64,000 nucleotides of DNA, taken from the NCBI GenBank assembly GCA_040390065.1, contig JAZJZE010000009.1:314930-378929 (forward strand). The letters run 5' to 3'. A program made the position numbers and the translations under genes. This document shows positions 54,932 through 64,000 of the stretch, piece by piece. Under the pieces are notes generated by a model. The model made no database searches and was not told the DNA's origin. It saw nothing but the letters and a program-made list of their open reading frames with translations. Source of the stretch: a bacterium (GTDB taxonomy: Archaea > Thermoplasmatota > E2 > JACPAO01 > JAHFTW01). The stretch's first letter is position 1. Each line of letters starts with the position of its first letter.

Positions 54932-56469
54932 TGCACCGCCTCGTGGCCTCGATCGCGACCCCACTCCTGGACGACGCCGTGCGGGCCCTGCGACGCCTAC
55001 CGGCTTGCGTCGACGCGGCCGAGATCCGGCTCGACGCCCTCTGGCCTGGGCCTCCCGATGCCGACGCGGCCACCGACGCCCTCCTCGCCTTGACCGAGGC
55101 CGCGACAGTCCCCCTCGTTGCGACCCTCCGACCCCTGCGCCAAGGCGGCGCGTTCTCGGGCGACGAACAAGTGCGCGTGGGACTGCTCGCCTCGGCGTTG
55201 GCTGCCGGCTTTGCGCATGCCGACATCGAGGCGGACGTGGCAACGCCGCCGCTGTCTGCCGAACTCGCGCGGACCGGGGGCTCCATCATCGTGAGTTCGC
55301 ACGTGGTCGGCCCAACGCCCTGCCGGGACGACGGCCTCAAGGCACTCACTGCAGCCCAGGACGCAGGCGGCATCCTCGACAAGTTCGCCTTCGCGGGCCA
55401 CAGCTACACCGACACGCTGCGCGCCCTCGAACTGGCAAGCGGCCACGCGGCCCGCGGCGGTCACCCGATCGTCTCGACCACGGGCCACGGCGGCGCACCG
55501 CTGCGAGCCCTTCTCGCCATCGTCGGCAACCAGGCAACGTACGGCCACGCTCCAGACAGCCCGCCCGCGGCACAGGGCCAACCCGACGTCCGCGATGTTG
55601 CGGCCCTCTGGGACGACTGGGGCCTCACGAAGCCGGACCTGGACCCGACGGGCGGGCCGCGCTCCTGGCTTGCCGTCCTCGGCCACCCCATCGACGGCAG
55701 CCTCAGCCCGCGCATCCACAACGCCGCGCTGCGCGCCGCGGGGCGCCCGGAGCGGTTCGGCGCCCTGGATGTCCCAGCAAGCCCCGGCGCCTTGCTGCTG
55801 ACGCTGCACGCCGCTACCCGCATCGGCCTGTGCGCCGCGTCGATCACGATGCCGCACAAGGCGGATGCTGCGCGGGCCGCGGCGCCCGACTCCGTAGCGC
55901 AAGCCGTCGGCGCCGCGAACTGCGTCCGCATGACGCCGCAGGGGGCGCAGTCGACGAACAGCGATGCAACGGCGCTGCGGCGCCTCCTCGAGCCGCACGT
56001 CGACGCGGGTGCGCCGGCCGTCGTGTTGGGTGCCGGCGGTTTTGCGAGCGCGGCGGCGTGGGCCCTGCGCGACCTCGGCGCGGCCGTCCGGTTTGCCAGC
56101 CGCGATGCGACGCGGGCCGCCGCCATGGCGAAGCGGTACGGCGCAAAGTGGACCGCCTGGGAGCAGCGCCATGAGCTGCGTGCGCCCGTGTGGATCCAGG
56201 CCACTCCCATCGGCCGCGTCGTGCGCGAGGAGAGCCCGGTTCCGGCGGCGCAACTCCGGGGCGCCACTTTGGCCATTGAGGCGAACTACACCGCCGGCCC
56301 GACGGCGTTCCAACGCCATGCCGCCGCCGCGGGCGCCACCGTCGTCGATGGGCGCACCGTCCTCCTGGAACAGGGCGTCGACGCCTTCCGCTTCTGGTTC
56401 GGCAAGGAGCCGGACCGCGCTGCCATGGCGGAGGCTCTGCGTCCGCGCACGCTGGAGGCCGTGGCGTGA
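54931..56469 (+). CDS. aroDE: Fused type I 3-dehydroquinate dehydratase / shikimate dehydrogenase
   Basis: EIRLD, ATLRP..QGG, VSSH, DKFA (AroD); GHPIDGSLSPRIHN, TMPHK, GAAN, NSD, LGAGG (AroE). Confidence 0.88.
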   Translation: MHRLVASIATPLLDDAVRALRRLPACVDAAEIRLDALWPGPPDADAATDALLALTEAATVPLVATLRPLRQGGAFSGDEQVRVGLLASALAAGFAHADIEADVATPPLSAELARTGGSIIVSSHVVGPTPCRDDGLKALTAAQDAGGILDKFAFAGHSYTDTLRALELASGHAARGGHPIVSTTGHGGAPLRALLAIVGNQATYGHAPDSPPAAQGQPDVRDVAALWDDWGLTKPDLDPTGGPRSWLAVLGHPIDGSLSPRIHNAALRAAGRPERFGALDVPASPGALLLTLHAATRIGLCAASITMPHKADAARAAAPDSVAQAVGAANCVRMTPQGAQSTNSDATALRRLLEPHVDAGAPAVVLGAGGFASAAAWALRDLGAAVRFASRDATRAAAMAKRYGAKWTAWEQRHELRAPVWIQATPIGRVVREESPVPAAQLRGATLAIEANYTAGPTAFQRHAAAAGATVVDGRTVLLEQGVDAFRFWFGKEPDRAAMAEALRPRTLEAVA

Positions 56470-57302
56470 ACCTGGCCGTGCACCGCTTGGGCCATGCGCG
56501 CGTCTTCGGCGCCGTCTCGGTCCTGAACGCGACCGCGACGGGCATCGGTTGCTCGCTGGGCATCGATGCCATGACCGAGGCCGAGTGGGCCGCCGGCCCG
56601 TCCCCCCCGCTTGGCATCGACGCGCGCCTCGTGCAGGCCGTCGAGGCCCAAATGAACCGCGTGCCGGGATGGCCCACGGGCCTCGCCCCGCGCATCCGGG
56701 CGGCGTTTCCTCCGGCGCGGGGACTCAAGACCTCGTCCAGCGTTGCCGCGGCGTTGCTGCAATCGGCACACGAGGCGCTCGGCCAGCCCTTGCCAGACGG
56801 CGAGCTCGAGCACGCCGCGGTGGATGCATGCCTGGCCGCCGGCGTGACCATCACGGGTGCGTACGATGACCAGGTCGCAGTCGTGCGCGGCGGCGCCCAC
56901 ATCACGGACAATGCCCGGCGCTTGGTCCTGCGCAGCCTGAGCATCCGCCCCTGGCACGTCGCCGTCTGGGTACCCGACGCCGCGTTGCCGAAGGCGGCAC
57001 TGGCAGGCGCCGCCGCCACCACGCTCGCCTCGCAATTGCAGGACGCCGTCGCCTTGGCCGCGGCAGGGGACATCCCCGGCGCGATGACGGAGAACGGCAA
57101 CGTCTTCACTGCCTTCTACCAGCGCCTCGGCCTCCCCGTGGACCGCCGACCCGCGCAGGCGGCGCTACGCCATGGCGCTCTCGGCGCCGGGCTGTCCGGC
57201 ACTGGTCCCGCGGTCGCAGCCCTGTTCGACGCGCCGACCAGCCTCCCCGAGGTGCCGGGCGGAACCTGGCGTTGGGCGCGCGCGGTGGAGGCCGACGCGT
57301 GA
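56466..57302 (+). CDS. aroK: Archaeal shikimate kinase (GHMP family)
   Basis: GAVSVLNATATGIG, PPARGLKTSSS, TITGAYDD, GLSGTGP. Confidence 0.9.
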   Translation: MNLAVHRLGHARVFGAVSVLNATATGIGCSLGIDAMTEAEWAAGPSPPLGIDARLVQAVEAQMNRVPGWPTGLAPRIRAAFPPARGLKTSSSVAAALLQSAHEALGQPLPDGELEHAAVDACLAAGVTITGAYDDQVAVVRGGAHITDNARRLVLRSLSIRPWHVAVWVPDAALPKAALAGAAATTLASQLQDAVALAAAGDIPGAMTENGNVFTAFYQRLGLPVDRRPAQAALRHGALGAGLSGTGPAVAALFDAPTSLPEVPGGTWRWARAVEADA

Positions 57303-58600
57303 ACCCTCCGACGGACGCCGTGCAAGTCCTGCCAGGCCGTGTCGATGGCCGGCTGCCCGCCCCGCCCAGCAAGTCGGTGACCCACCGTGCCTTCCTCTTG
57401 GCGGCGCAGGCCCGCGATGGTTGCACGGTGACGACGCCTCTTCTGTCGCACGACACGATGGCCACCCTGCACGGCCTGGAAGCCCTGGGACTCCGGCCGT
57501 CCTTCGAGGGCAGCGTGGTGCGCTTCTTGCCCGCGACGCTGCGGCCTTCCCGAGCCGCAATCGACTGCGGCAATTCCGGCACGACCCTGCGCCTGCTTGC
57601 TGCGACGGCGGCGCGCCTGCCTTTCGCGACGACGCTGACTGGGGACACGTCACTGCGCCGCCGACCTAACGACGCCCTCGTCGACGCCTTGCACCAAGCA
57701 GGCGCCACCTGTCGAAGCGACGCCGGCCGCGCGCCCCTCGTGGTGACCGGACCTCTGCGGCCCGGGCCGCTGCGCATCGACGGCGCGGCAGGCTCCCAGG
57801 CCGTCTCGGCGATGCTCCTTGCCACGCCCTTCCTGCAAGGGCCGTCGCGCATCGCTGTGACGGCGCCGGTGGCGTCGCGGCCGTACCTCGACCTGACCAT
57901 CGACGTCGCGCGCCAAGCGGGCCTGGCCTTCCGGCAAGACGCGGCGGGCCTACCGACGTACGACGTCCCCGGCGGGCAGGAGGTTCGCGCCACGAACCTG
58001 AAGGTTCCAGGCGACTGGTCGAGCGCTGCCTTTGTCCTCGCCGCCGCGGCCATCACCGGCGGGACCGTGACGGTGCACGGACTCGACGCGCAGAGCCGGC
58101 AAGGCGACCGGCGCATCGTCGACCATCTGCGGTCCTTTGGGGCCCACGTGACGACGGCGGCGGATGCCACGACGTGCCATGGGGGGCCGCTTTCCAGCCC
58201 GGGCGCCATGGACGTGCGCGAGACGCCGGACCTGTTCCCCGTCCTGGCGGTGCTTGCGGCGTGCGCGCGGGGGACCACGACGCTGGCTGGCGCCGCCCAT
58301 CTGCGGGGCAAGGAATCCGACCGCATCGAGGCGATGACCTTGGGTCTTCGAGCAATGGGCGCAAGGGCAACCGCGCAGCCGGACGGCCTCGTCGTCACCG
58401 GCGGCGCGCTGCACGGCGCCGTCGTCGACGCCGCGGGCGACCACCGCATCCACATGGCCTTCGCGATCGCAGCCTTGGCCGCCAATGGCGCGAGCTGGAT
58501 TGGCGGCGCCGCGACGGCGGCAGTCAGTTTCCCCGCATTCCACGACGCCCTACGCGCCCTGGGGGCCCGCGTCGCCGCGGGCGTCGAGGTGCCGGCATGA
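57299..58600 (+). CDS. aroA: EPSP synthase
   Basis: PPSKSVTHRA, DCGNSGTTLR, GDTSLRRRP, SRPYLDLT, PGDWSSA, LRGKESDRI, DHRIHMA. Confidence 0.93.
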   Translation: MNPPTDAVQVLPGRVDGRLPAPPSKSVTHRAFLLAAQARDGCTVTTPLLSHDTMATLHGLEALGLRPSFEGSVVRFLPATLRPSRAAIDCGNSGTTLRLLAATAARLPFATTLTGDTSLRRRPNDALVDALHQAGATCRSDAGRAPLVVTGPLRPGPLRIDGAAGSQAVSAMLLATPFLQGPSRIAVTAPVASRPYLDLTIDVARQAGLAFRQDAAGLPTYDVPGGQEVRATNLKVPGDWSSAAFVLAAAAITGGTVTVHGLDAQSRQGDRRIVDHLRSFGAHVTTAADATTCHGGPLSSPGAMDVRETPDLFPVLAVLAACARGTTTLAGAAHLRGKESDRIEAMTLGLRAMGARATAQPDGLVVTGGALHGAVVDAAGDHRIHMAFAIAALAANGASWIGGAATAAVSFPAFHDALRALGARVAAGVEVPA

Positions 58601-59721
58601 ACTCCTTCGGCAAACGCCTGCGCCTCACGATCTTCGGGGAATCGCACGGCCCAGGCGTCGGCGTCGTGCTGGACGGCGTCCCCCCCGGCCTCGCCATCGA
58701 TGCCCCAGCCCTGCAGCGCGACCTCGACCTGCGCCGCCCAGGCAAGCCCTTGACCAGTGCCCGGCGTGAACGCGACATCCCGGAGATCTTGTCGGGAACG
58801 TTCAACGGGCACACGACTGGCGCCCCGCTTTGCATCTTCATCCGCAACGAGGACGCCGACTCGCGGCCGTACGAGGCGACGGCGCGGATGCCCCGCCCAG
58901 GCCACGCCGACTATACGGCGCACGTGGCGGCGCGCGGCCATAACGATCCACGCGGCGGCGGCCACACCTCGGGACGACTGACGGCGCCCTTGGTCGCTGC
59001 AGGGACGATTGCTTCCCAGATCCTGGCCCCGCATGGCATCCGCTGCGCCGCCCACCTGCAGCAAGTGCATGACCTTGCAGGACCGGCCGGAACAACGAAC
59101 GTCACGACCATGCTGAAGCGGGTCCCGCGCTCGACCGTCATGACGGCGCACACGGACCTGGAGGACGCGTTCGCCGCGCGCATCCGGGAGGCCCGCAAGG
59201 CAGGCGATTCACTGGGCGGCGCCGTCGAGTTCGCAGCCGACGACCTGCCAGCGGGGCTTGGGGAGCCGTTCTTCGACTCCATCGAGTCCCACCTGGCCCA
59301 TCTCCTCTTTGCCGTTCCAGCCGTCAAGGGCGTGGAGTTCGGCGCCGGATTTGCGGCTGCGGCCATGCGTGGCAGTGAGCACAACGACCCCTTCCTCGCC
59401 GTGGCGGGAAAGGTCGCGACCGCGACGAACCACGCAGGCGGCATCCTCGGCGGCCGCAGTTCAGGGATGCCAATCTGGGGCCGCGTCGCCATCAAGCCCA
59501 CCAGCACCCTGCCCGGCCGCGACCAGGCGACGGTCGACCTCGAGACCATGGAAGGCGCGACGTTGCGTGCAACCGGGCGGCACGATCCCTGCATCGCCGT
59601 GCGAGCCGTGCCGGTCGTGCAAGCGTGTCTGCGCATCGCGCTGGCGGAGTTCGCCCTGGGAGCCGAAGAAGCAGGCCTTCTCCCCCGGCGACCGCAAGCC
59701 ACCTCTAGGCCTTCCCGCTAA
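58597..59721 (+). CDS. aroC: Chorismate synthase
   Basis: FGESHG, PRPGHADY, RGGGHTSGR, NHAGGILGG, GRHDPC. Confidence 0.95.
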   Translation: MNSFGKRLRLTIFGESHGPGVGVVLDGVPPGLAIDAPALQRDLDLRRPGKPLTSARRERDIPEILSGTFNGHTTGAPLCIFIRNEDADSRPYEATARMPRPGHADYTAHVAARGHNDPRGGGHTSGRLTAPLVAAGTIASQILAPHGIRCAAHLQQVHDLAGPAGTTNVTTMLKRVPRSTVMTAHTDLEDAFAARIREARKAGDSLGGAVEFAADDLPAGLGEPFFDSIESHLAHLLFAVPAVKGVEFGAGFAAAAMRGSEHNDPFLAVAGKVATATNHAGGILGGRSSGMPIWGRVAIKPTSTLPGRDQATVDLETMEGATLRATGRHDPCIAVRAVPVVQACLRIALAEFALGAEEAGLLPRRPQATSRPSR

Positions 59722-59729
59722 CCAGGTCC

Positions 59730-60524
59730 GTGAGCGGCAAGATGGTTCTGTACCCGGCCATCGACCTGCGGCACGGCCACGTCGTGCAACTGGAGGGCGG
59801 CGACCCGCACCGCGTCGCCCTGGAGCGCCCAAGCCCCGAGGCGCAGGCACGTGCCTTCGAGGAGGCAGGGTCGCGTTGGCTGCACGTCGTCGACCTCGAC
59901 GCGGCCCTTGGTGAACGCAACCAGTGGGGCCACCTCGGCAAGCTCTTGTCGGACCGCCGCAGTCGCGTGCAGTTCGGGGGCGGCATCCGGCACATGACCG
60001 ACGTCCAGCAGCTCCTCGACCTCGGCGTCGAGCGCGTCATCGTCGGCACGCAGGCGGTGCGCAACCCGCTGTGGCTGCGCGAACTTGCCCGCATCTTCCC
60101 CAAGCGCATCGTCCTCGCCCTCGACGCGCGGGCCGGCCACCTCGTCGTCGACGGTTGGACGACGGATACCGGAATCGAGGCCGTCACCTTCGCCGCGGGG
60201 CTCGACGACGCCGGACTGGCGGCCGTCATCTTCACGCCGGTCGGCGGCAAGGCCGACGACGGCATCCTGGCTGGCCTGCGCAGCGCCCTCAAAGTGACGC
60301 CGCTCGTCGTGGCCGCCCCTGACGCCTCGCTGGCTGACCTAGACATGATGGCTGCCGCCGGCATCGATGGCGCCGTCCTCGGCCTCAGCGTCTACGAGGG
60401 CCGCCTCGATCTGGAGGAGGCGCTGGCCCGTTACCCGTCACCTCCGCGTTGGCCCGTCCTTCTGGCCGCGGCCGCAGACGAGGGTCTGCCCGAGCCAGGC
60501 TTCGGAGCCGACCCGGACGAGTGA
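59730..60524 (+). CDS. HisA-like TIM-barrel protein with degenerate C-terminal half
   Basis: YPAIDL, LHVVDLDAA, QFGGGIR, LALDA and DGW present; T-D/N-x-x-x-D/E-G loop and SGG phosphate motif replaced. Confidence 0.8.
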   Translation: MSGKMVLYPAIDLRHGHVVQLEGGDPHRVALERPSPEAQARAFEEAGSRWLHVVDLDAALGERNQWGHLGKLLSDRRSRVQFGGGIRHMTDVQQLLDLGVERVIVGTQAVRNPLWLRELARIFPKRIVLALDARAGHLVVDGWTTDTGIEAVTFAAGLDDAGLAAVIFTPVGGKADDGILAGLRSALKVTPLVVAAPDASLADLDMMAAAGIDGAVLGLSVYEGRLDLEEALARYPSPPRWPVLLAAAADEGLPEPGFGADPDE

Positions 60525-60581
60525 ATCGAAGGGGAACCCTCTAAGACCGAGCACGGCTCATCCAGGCGCCGGGGTGAAGAT

Positions 60582-61739
60582 GTGACGAAGCGGCGGGTGA
60601 AGGCGAAAGCGAAGGGCCGCAGCCCCAAGGCCCCCGCCATCCACAAGTTCGCAGGCAAGCGCAAGCTGCGACCGGAACCCCGCGAAGAGCCGCTCGAGCC
60701 CAGGCGCGCGGCCGTCCACAAGTTCGCCGGGCGGAAAGCCGACGGCGCACCGGCGGCAAGCGCGCCGCCCGATGCCAAGCCCATGAACGCGCGACTCGCC
60801 GCCATGGCCGCAGCGAGCGCCGAAGTATCCGACGAGCCGGAGGTCAAGTCCAAGACGTCCCCGTCGGCCGCAAAGGGCGGCGTCGACTGGAAGGACCTGG
60901 AGGACGATGCCCCGGCCGCCAAGCCGCTGCAGAAGACGCTGCCGGTGGACGATGGCGAGCCCGTTCTCGTCAAGCCCAAGGCGGTGCAGACGGCGGAGGT
61001 CGACCCAGGCGTCCAGGTCGTGGCCAAGGGCGCAAGCAAGTTCAGCGCCGCCGACCTCGAGATGCTGCGCGCCAGCATCAAGGTGAAGGGCTCCGGGGCC
61101 GTCATCGAGGGCGTCAACCTCGACGAACTGAAATGGGATGGCGAAGGCCTGCTGCCCGTCGTCGCCCAGGACCGCCGCACGGGTGCCGTGCTGACGCTGG
61201 GCCACACGAACCGCGAGACGCTCGAGGCGACACTGCGCTCCAAGCAGATGACGTACTGGAACCGCAACACGGGCAAGCCCGTGACGCAAGGCCAGGAGTC
61301 GGGCCATCCCCAGCGCCTCGTCAAGCTCATGGTCGACTGCGACAAGGATTCCGTCCTGGCCCTCGTCGAACAGGACGGCCCCGCATGCCACCGCGACACG
61401 GGGACCTGCTGGACCGACGACCGCGCCGTGCCTCCCGCTGGCTTCCTCGGCGAGCTCGACCGCATCGTGAAGGAGCGTGCCAAGACGCCCGAAAAGGGCA
61501 GCAAGACGTCGGCGCTCCTGGCCGAACCCATCGAGGCGTTGCGGGCCTTCGTCGAGCAGGCAAACGAGCTCACGAAGATCGTGCAAGGCAAGTCCAAGGG
61601 CAGCATCGAGACCGGCGCGGCCGACCTCCTCTACAACCTGCTCGTGACGCTGCGCACGAAGGGCGTCGGCCTCGGCGAGGTGCTGACGGAACTGCAGGCG
61701 CAGCACATGGCATTGGAACTCAAGAAGCAGAAGGAATAG
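60582..61739 (+). CDS. HisI-HisE-like fusion with ~170-aa low-complexity N-terminal extension
   Basis: GLLPVVAQD, DCDKDSVL, GPACH..TGTCW (HisI); ADLLYNLLV (HisE-like, acidic residues substituted). Confidence 0.8.
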   Translation: MTKRRVKAKAKGRSPKAPAIHKFAGKRKLRPEPREEPLEPRRAAVHKFAGRKADGAPAASAPPDAKPMNARLAAMAAASAEVSDEPEVKSKTSPSAAKGGVDWKDLEDDAPAAKPLQKTLPVDDGEPVLVKPKAVQTAEVDPGVQVVAKGASKFSAADLEMLRASIKVKGSGAVIEGVNLDELKWDGEGLLPVVAQDRRTGAVLTLGHTNRETLEATLRSKQMTYWNRNTGKPVTQGQESGHPQRLVKLMVDCDKDSVLALVEQDGPACHRDTGTCWTDDRAVPPAGFLGELDRIVKERAKTPEKGSKTSALLAEPIEALRAFVEQANELTKIVQGKSKGSIETGAADLLYNLLVTLRTKGVGLGEVLTELQAQHMALELKKQKE

Positions 61740-61811
61740 GCGGGCGCAACGCAGGCGAGAACCTTCACCCCGCAAGGGCCGTTTCATAAGAGAGGGCGGA
61801 CTCGCCGACGC

Positions 61812-63941
61812 GTGGCTGCGTACTGCCCTCGCTGCAAAGGCCTCATGCGGCCACAGCAGGGCGCTCTCGTCTGCATCCGCTGCAGCGCGCAGGCACGCGC
61901 GCAGGCGGGTGGTCAGTCCACGCTCGCAGAAGGCGCTGGACTCGGCGGCCAGGCGCAGCGTGCCAGCCGCTTCGACCCGCCGATGACGCCGCAGGCAAGT
62001 TCGTGGACGCCGCACACCACCGGCCAGATGCATCCCCAGCTCGGCTTGTTCCCGCACGACGCCATCCGCGACTCGCAGTTGCGCCTGACGCGTGACGTCG
62101 CCTTGGCCGTGCAAGGGGGGCGTCACTTGGTCGCACAGGCGCCGACGGGGATCGGCAAGACCGCCGCCAGCCTCGCCCCCGCAATCCAGGAAGCCATCGC
62201 GGCCAAGAAGACGGTGCTTTTCCTGACAAGCCGGCAGAGCCAACACCGCATCGCCGTTGAGACGGTTCGCCTGATTCGCGACCGGCGCGGCGCAGCACTC
62301 AGCCTCGTCGACCTCGTCGCCAAACGCGACATGTGCCTGCGCCCTGAAGCCCGCGACATGCATCCCGGACGGTTCCCCGACTTCTGCGGCGCGGAGACGC
62401 GCAACAAGTCGTGCTCGTACCTCGGCGAGGTCGGCGATGACGTGCTGCGGCGTGTGCGCGACGGCGTCCTGCATGTCGAGGAACTCATGCACGTCTCCAA
62501 GCAGGCGCACCTCTGCCCCCACCTCGTCGCCCTGGAAGCCGCCAAGACCGCCCACGTCGTCGTCGCCGACTACAACCATTTGTTCTCCGACATCCGCGAA
62601 CAGTCCCTGCAGCGCCTTGGCTTGAAGCTGTCCGATTGCGTCGTCATCGTCGACGAGGCGCACAACCTCCCCGACCGCATCCGCCAAGGCCATAGCCACC
62701 GCGTGTCGCCGTTCCTGCTCGACCAGGTCGCTTCCGAGGCGCGCGACCAGAAAGCCCGCGACGTGGAGCGCGACATCGACGCCCTGCGGGAAGGACTCGC
62801 CGACCTTGCCGCACGAGCCGTGGCCGCCGGCACTGACGAGGCCGCCAAGCTCGGCTCCGACGAGCGCCGCGTCGCCCGCCTCGAGGTGGCGCAGTTGGGT
62901 GCGGCCTTCGAGGCGGCGCGCGGTCGCGGCCTACTCTCGACGCAGCGCGCCCTTGCCGACATGGCCACGGACCTTGGGCGGCTAGCGGCGAAGGTGCGCA
63001 AGGGAACCGATTCCGTGGTGCACGCCGAGGAATTGCAGGAGGCCCTAGAGGACTGGGCTCGCTTTGGCGGCGGCGCGTTGCGCTTCGTCGAATGGGATGG
63101 GGGCGGGCCGCCCACGCTGCAGCTGCGTCTGCTGGATCCAGGCATCCCCGCCCGCATGGTCTTCCAAGGCGTGCACTCGGCGATCCTGATGAGCGGCACG
63201 CTACGGCCACCAGAGATGGTGCGCGACCTGTTGGGCCTCGACGCGGCCCGCACGACCGTGCGTTCGTATGCAAGCCCGTTCCCGCCAGAGCACCGCCTCG
63301 TCGTCGTGGCGCAGGGCGTCACCACACGCTTTGCCGACCGCGGGCCGGACCTGTGGCGGCGCATCGGCGACATGATCGCGCAAACGGCGCAGGCCGCGCG
63401 CGGCAACCTTGCGGTCTTCTGCCCGAGCTACGCGGTGCTGCGCGACGTGCGTGACGCCGTGGATGCCGTCGGCACCGACAAGGAGGCAGTCGTGGAGGAC
63501 CCCGACTGGGGCAAGGGCGACCGCGACCGCGTCCTCGATACGCTAGAGGGGGCCCGGCGCCGCAAGGGCGCCATCCTCTTCGGCGTGCTTGGCGGTTCAC
63601 TTGCCGAGGGCATCGACTTCCGCGACAACCTGCTGTCCGCCGTCGTCGTGGTGGGGCTGCCCCTGGCACCGCCCGACCTCGAGGTCGATGCTACAATCCG
63701 GTACTTGGAGGGCCGCTTCCCGGGCCGCGGCCGAGCCTACGGCTACACCTATCCGGCCGTGAACAAGGTCCTGCAGGCGATGGGGCGCCCCATCCGCAGC
63801 GCCACGGACAAGTGCGCCGTCCTGCTGCTCGACGAGCGCTTCCTCGGGCCGCCCTACCGCGACTTGTTGCCCGACGGCATCGTTGCGACGGCCAATCCGG
63901 CGGGGACCGTCAAACCGTTCCTTGCGGCCCACGGCCTCTGA
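61812..63941 (+). CDS. xpd: XPD/Rad3-family Fe-S DNA helicase with N-terminal Zn ribbon
   Basis: Q motif, APTGIGKT, four Fe-S Cys (MC..., FC, SC, LCP), DEAHNL, MSGTL, EGIDF, QAMGRPIRS; N-terminal CPRC..CIRC. Confidence 0.9.
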   Translation: MAAYCPRCKGLMRPQQGALVCIRCSAQARAQAGGQSTLAEGAGLGGQAQRASRFDPPMTPQASSWTPHTTGQMHPQLGLFPHDAIRDSQLRLTRDVALAVQGGRHLVAQAPTGIGKTAASLAPAIQEAIAAKKTVLFLTSRQSQHRIAVETVRLIRDRRGAALSLVDLVAKRDMCLRPEARDMHPGRFPDFCGAETRNKSCSYLGEVGDDVLRRVRDGVLHVEELMHVSKQAHLCPHLVALEAAKTAHVVVADYNHLFSDIREQSLQRLGLKLSDCVVIVDEAHNLPDRIRQGHSHRVSPFLLDQVASEARDQKARDVERDIDALREGLADLAARAVAAGTDEAAKLGSDERRVARLEVAQLGAAFEAARGRGLLSTQRALADMATDLGRLAAKVRKGTDSVVHAEELQEALEDWARFGGGALRFVEWDGGGPPTLQLRLLDPGIPARMVFQGVHSAILMSGTLRPPEMVRDLLGLDAARTTVRSYASPFPPEHRLVVVAQGVTTRFADRGPDLWRRIGDMIAQTAQAARGNLAVFCPSYAVLRDVRDAVDAVGTDKEAVVEDPDWGKGDRDRVLDTLEGARRRKGAILFGVLGGSLAEGIDFRDNLLSAVVVVGLPLAPPDLEVDATIRYLEGRFPGRGRAYGYTYPAVNKVLQAMGRPIRSATDKCAVLLLDERFLGPPYRDLLPDGIVATANPAGTVKPFLAAHGL

Positions 63942-64000
63942 GCGGACGGCACAGGACAAGCCAGGCCACGGCGGCAACGAGCATGAGCGCGACGGACTCG

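Noticed and set aside
63983-64000. ORF start at the window edge
   Set aside because: Only six codons are visible; cannot be called.

Overview
High-GC archaeal chromosomal window, most plausibly an uncultured Thermoplasmatota lineage. This is inferred from GatDE, SRP19, eS8, pelota/Rqc2, the archaeal aroA'/aroB'/GHMP-aroK pathway, TATA promoters, a PGF-CTERM signal and a non-acidic proteome. The housekeeping backbone is tRNA-Pro(CGG), rqcH-pelA, rps8e-srp19, purS-purL-purQ, argS, maf, gatD-gatE, a complete chorismate operon, divergent hisA/hisIE-like genes and an XPD helicase. Interleaved are about nine lipobox lipoproteins, three modular PKD/TSP3 surface proteins (one split by an in-frame TAG), a metzincin protease and several fatty-acyl lipid enzymes. 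The best candidate for an undescribed system is a repeated two-gene cassette: a small secreted Cys-containing protein plus a lipoprotein. It has two mirror-image copies (32696-34260, 38750-40295) whose ~170-bp upstream regions are colinearly conserved and carry a TAGCGATTT-N5-AAATCG palindrome. A third, truncated copy overlaps a membrane-spanning double-wHTH regulator. Other oddities: REP-like hairpin families, a head-to-head junction of two 5'-truncated genes, a 34-bp dyad at a local strand-skew flip, degenerate HisA/HisE active sites and basic N-terminal extensions on PurL and HisIE. No integrase, transposase, CRISPR or rRNA was recognised. All family calls come from motif recognition by eye, not database searches, and start codons were refined manually.
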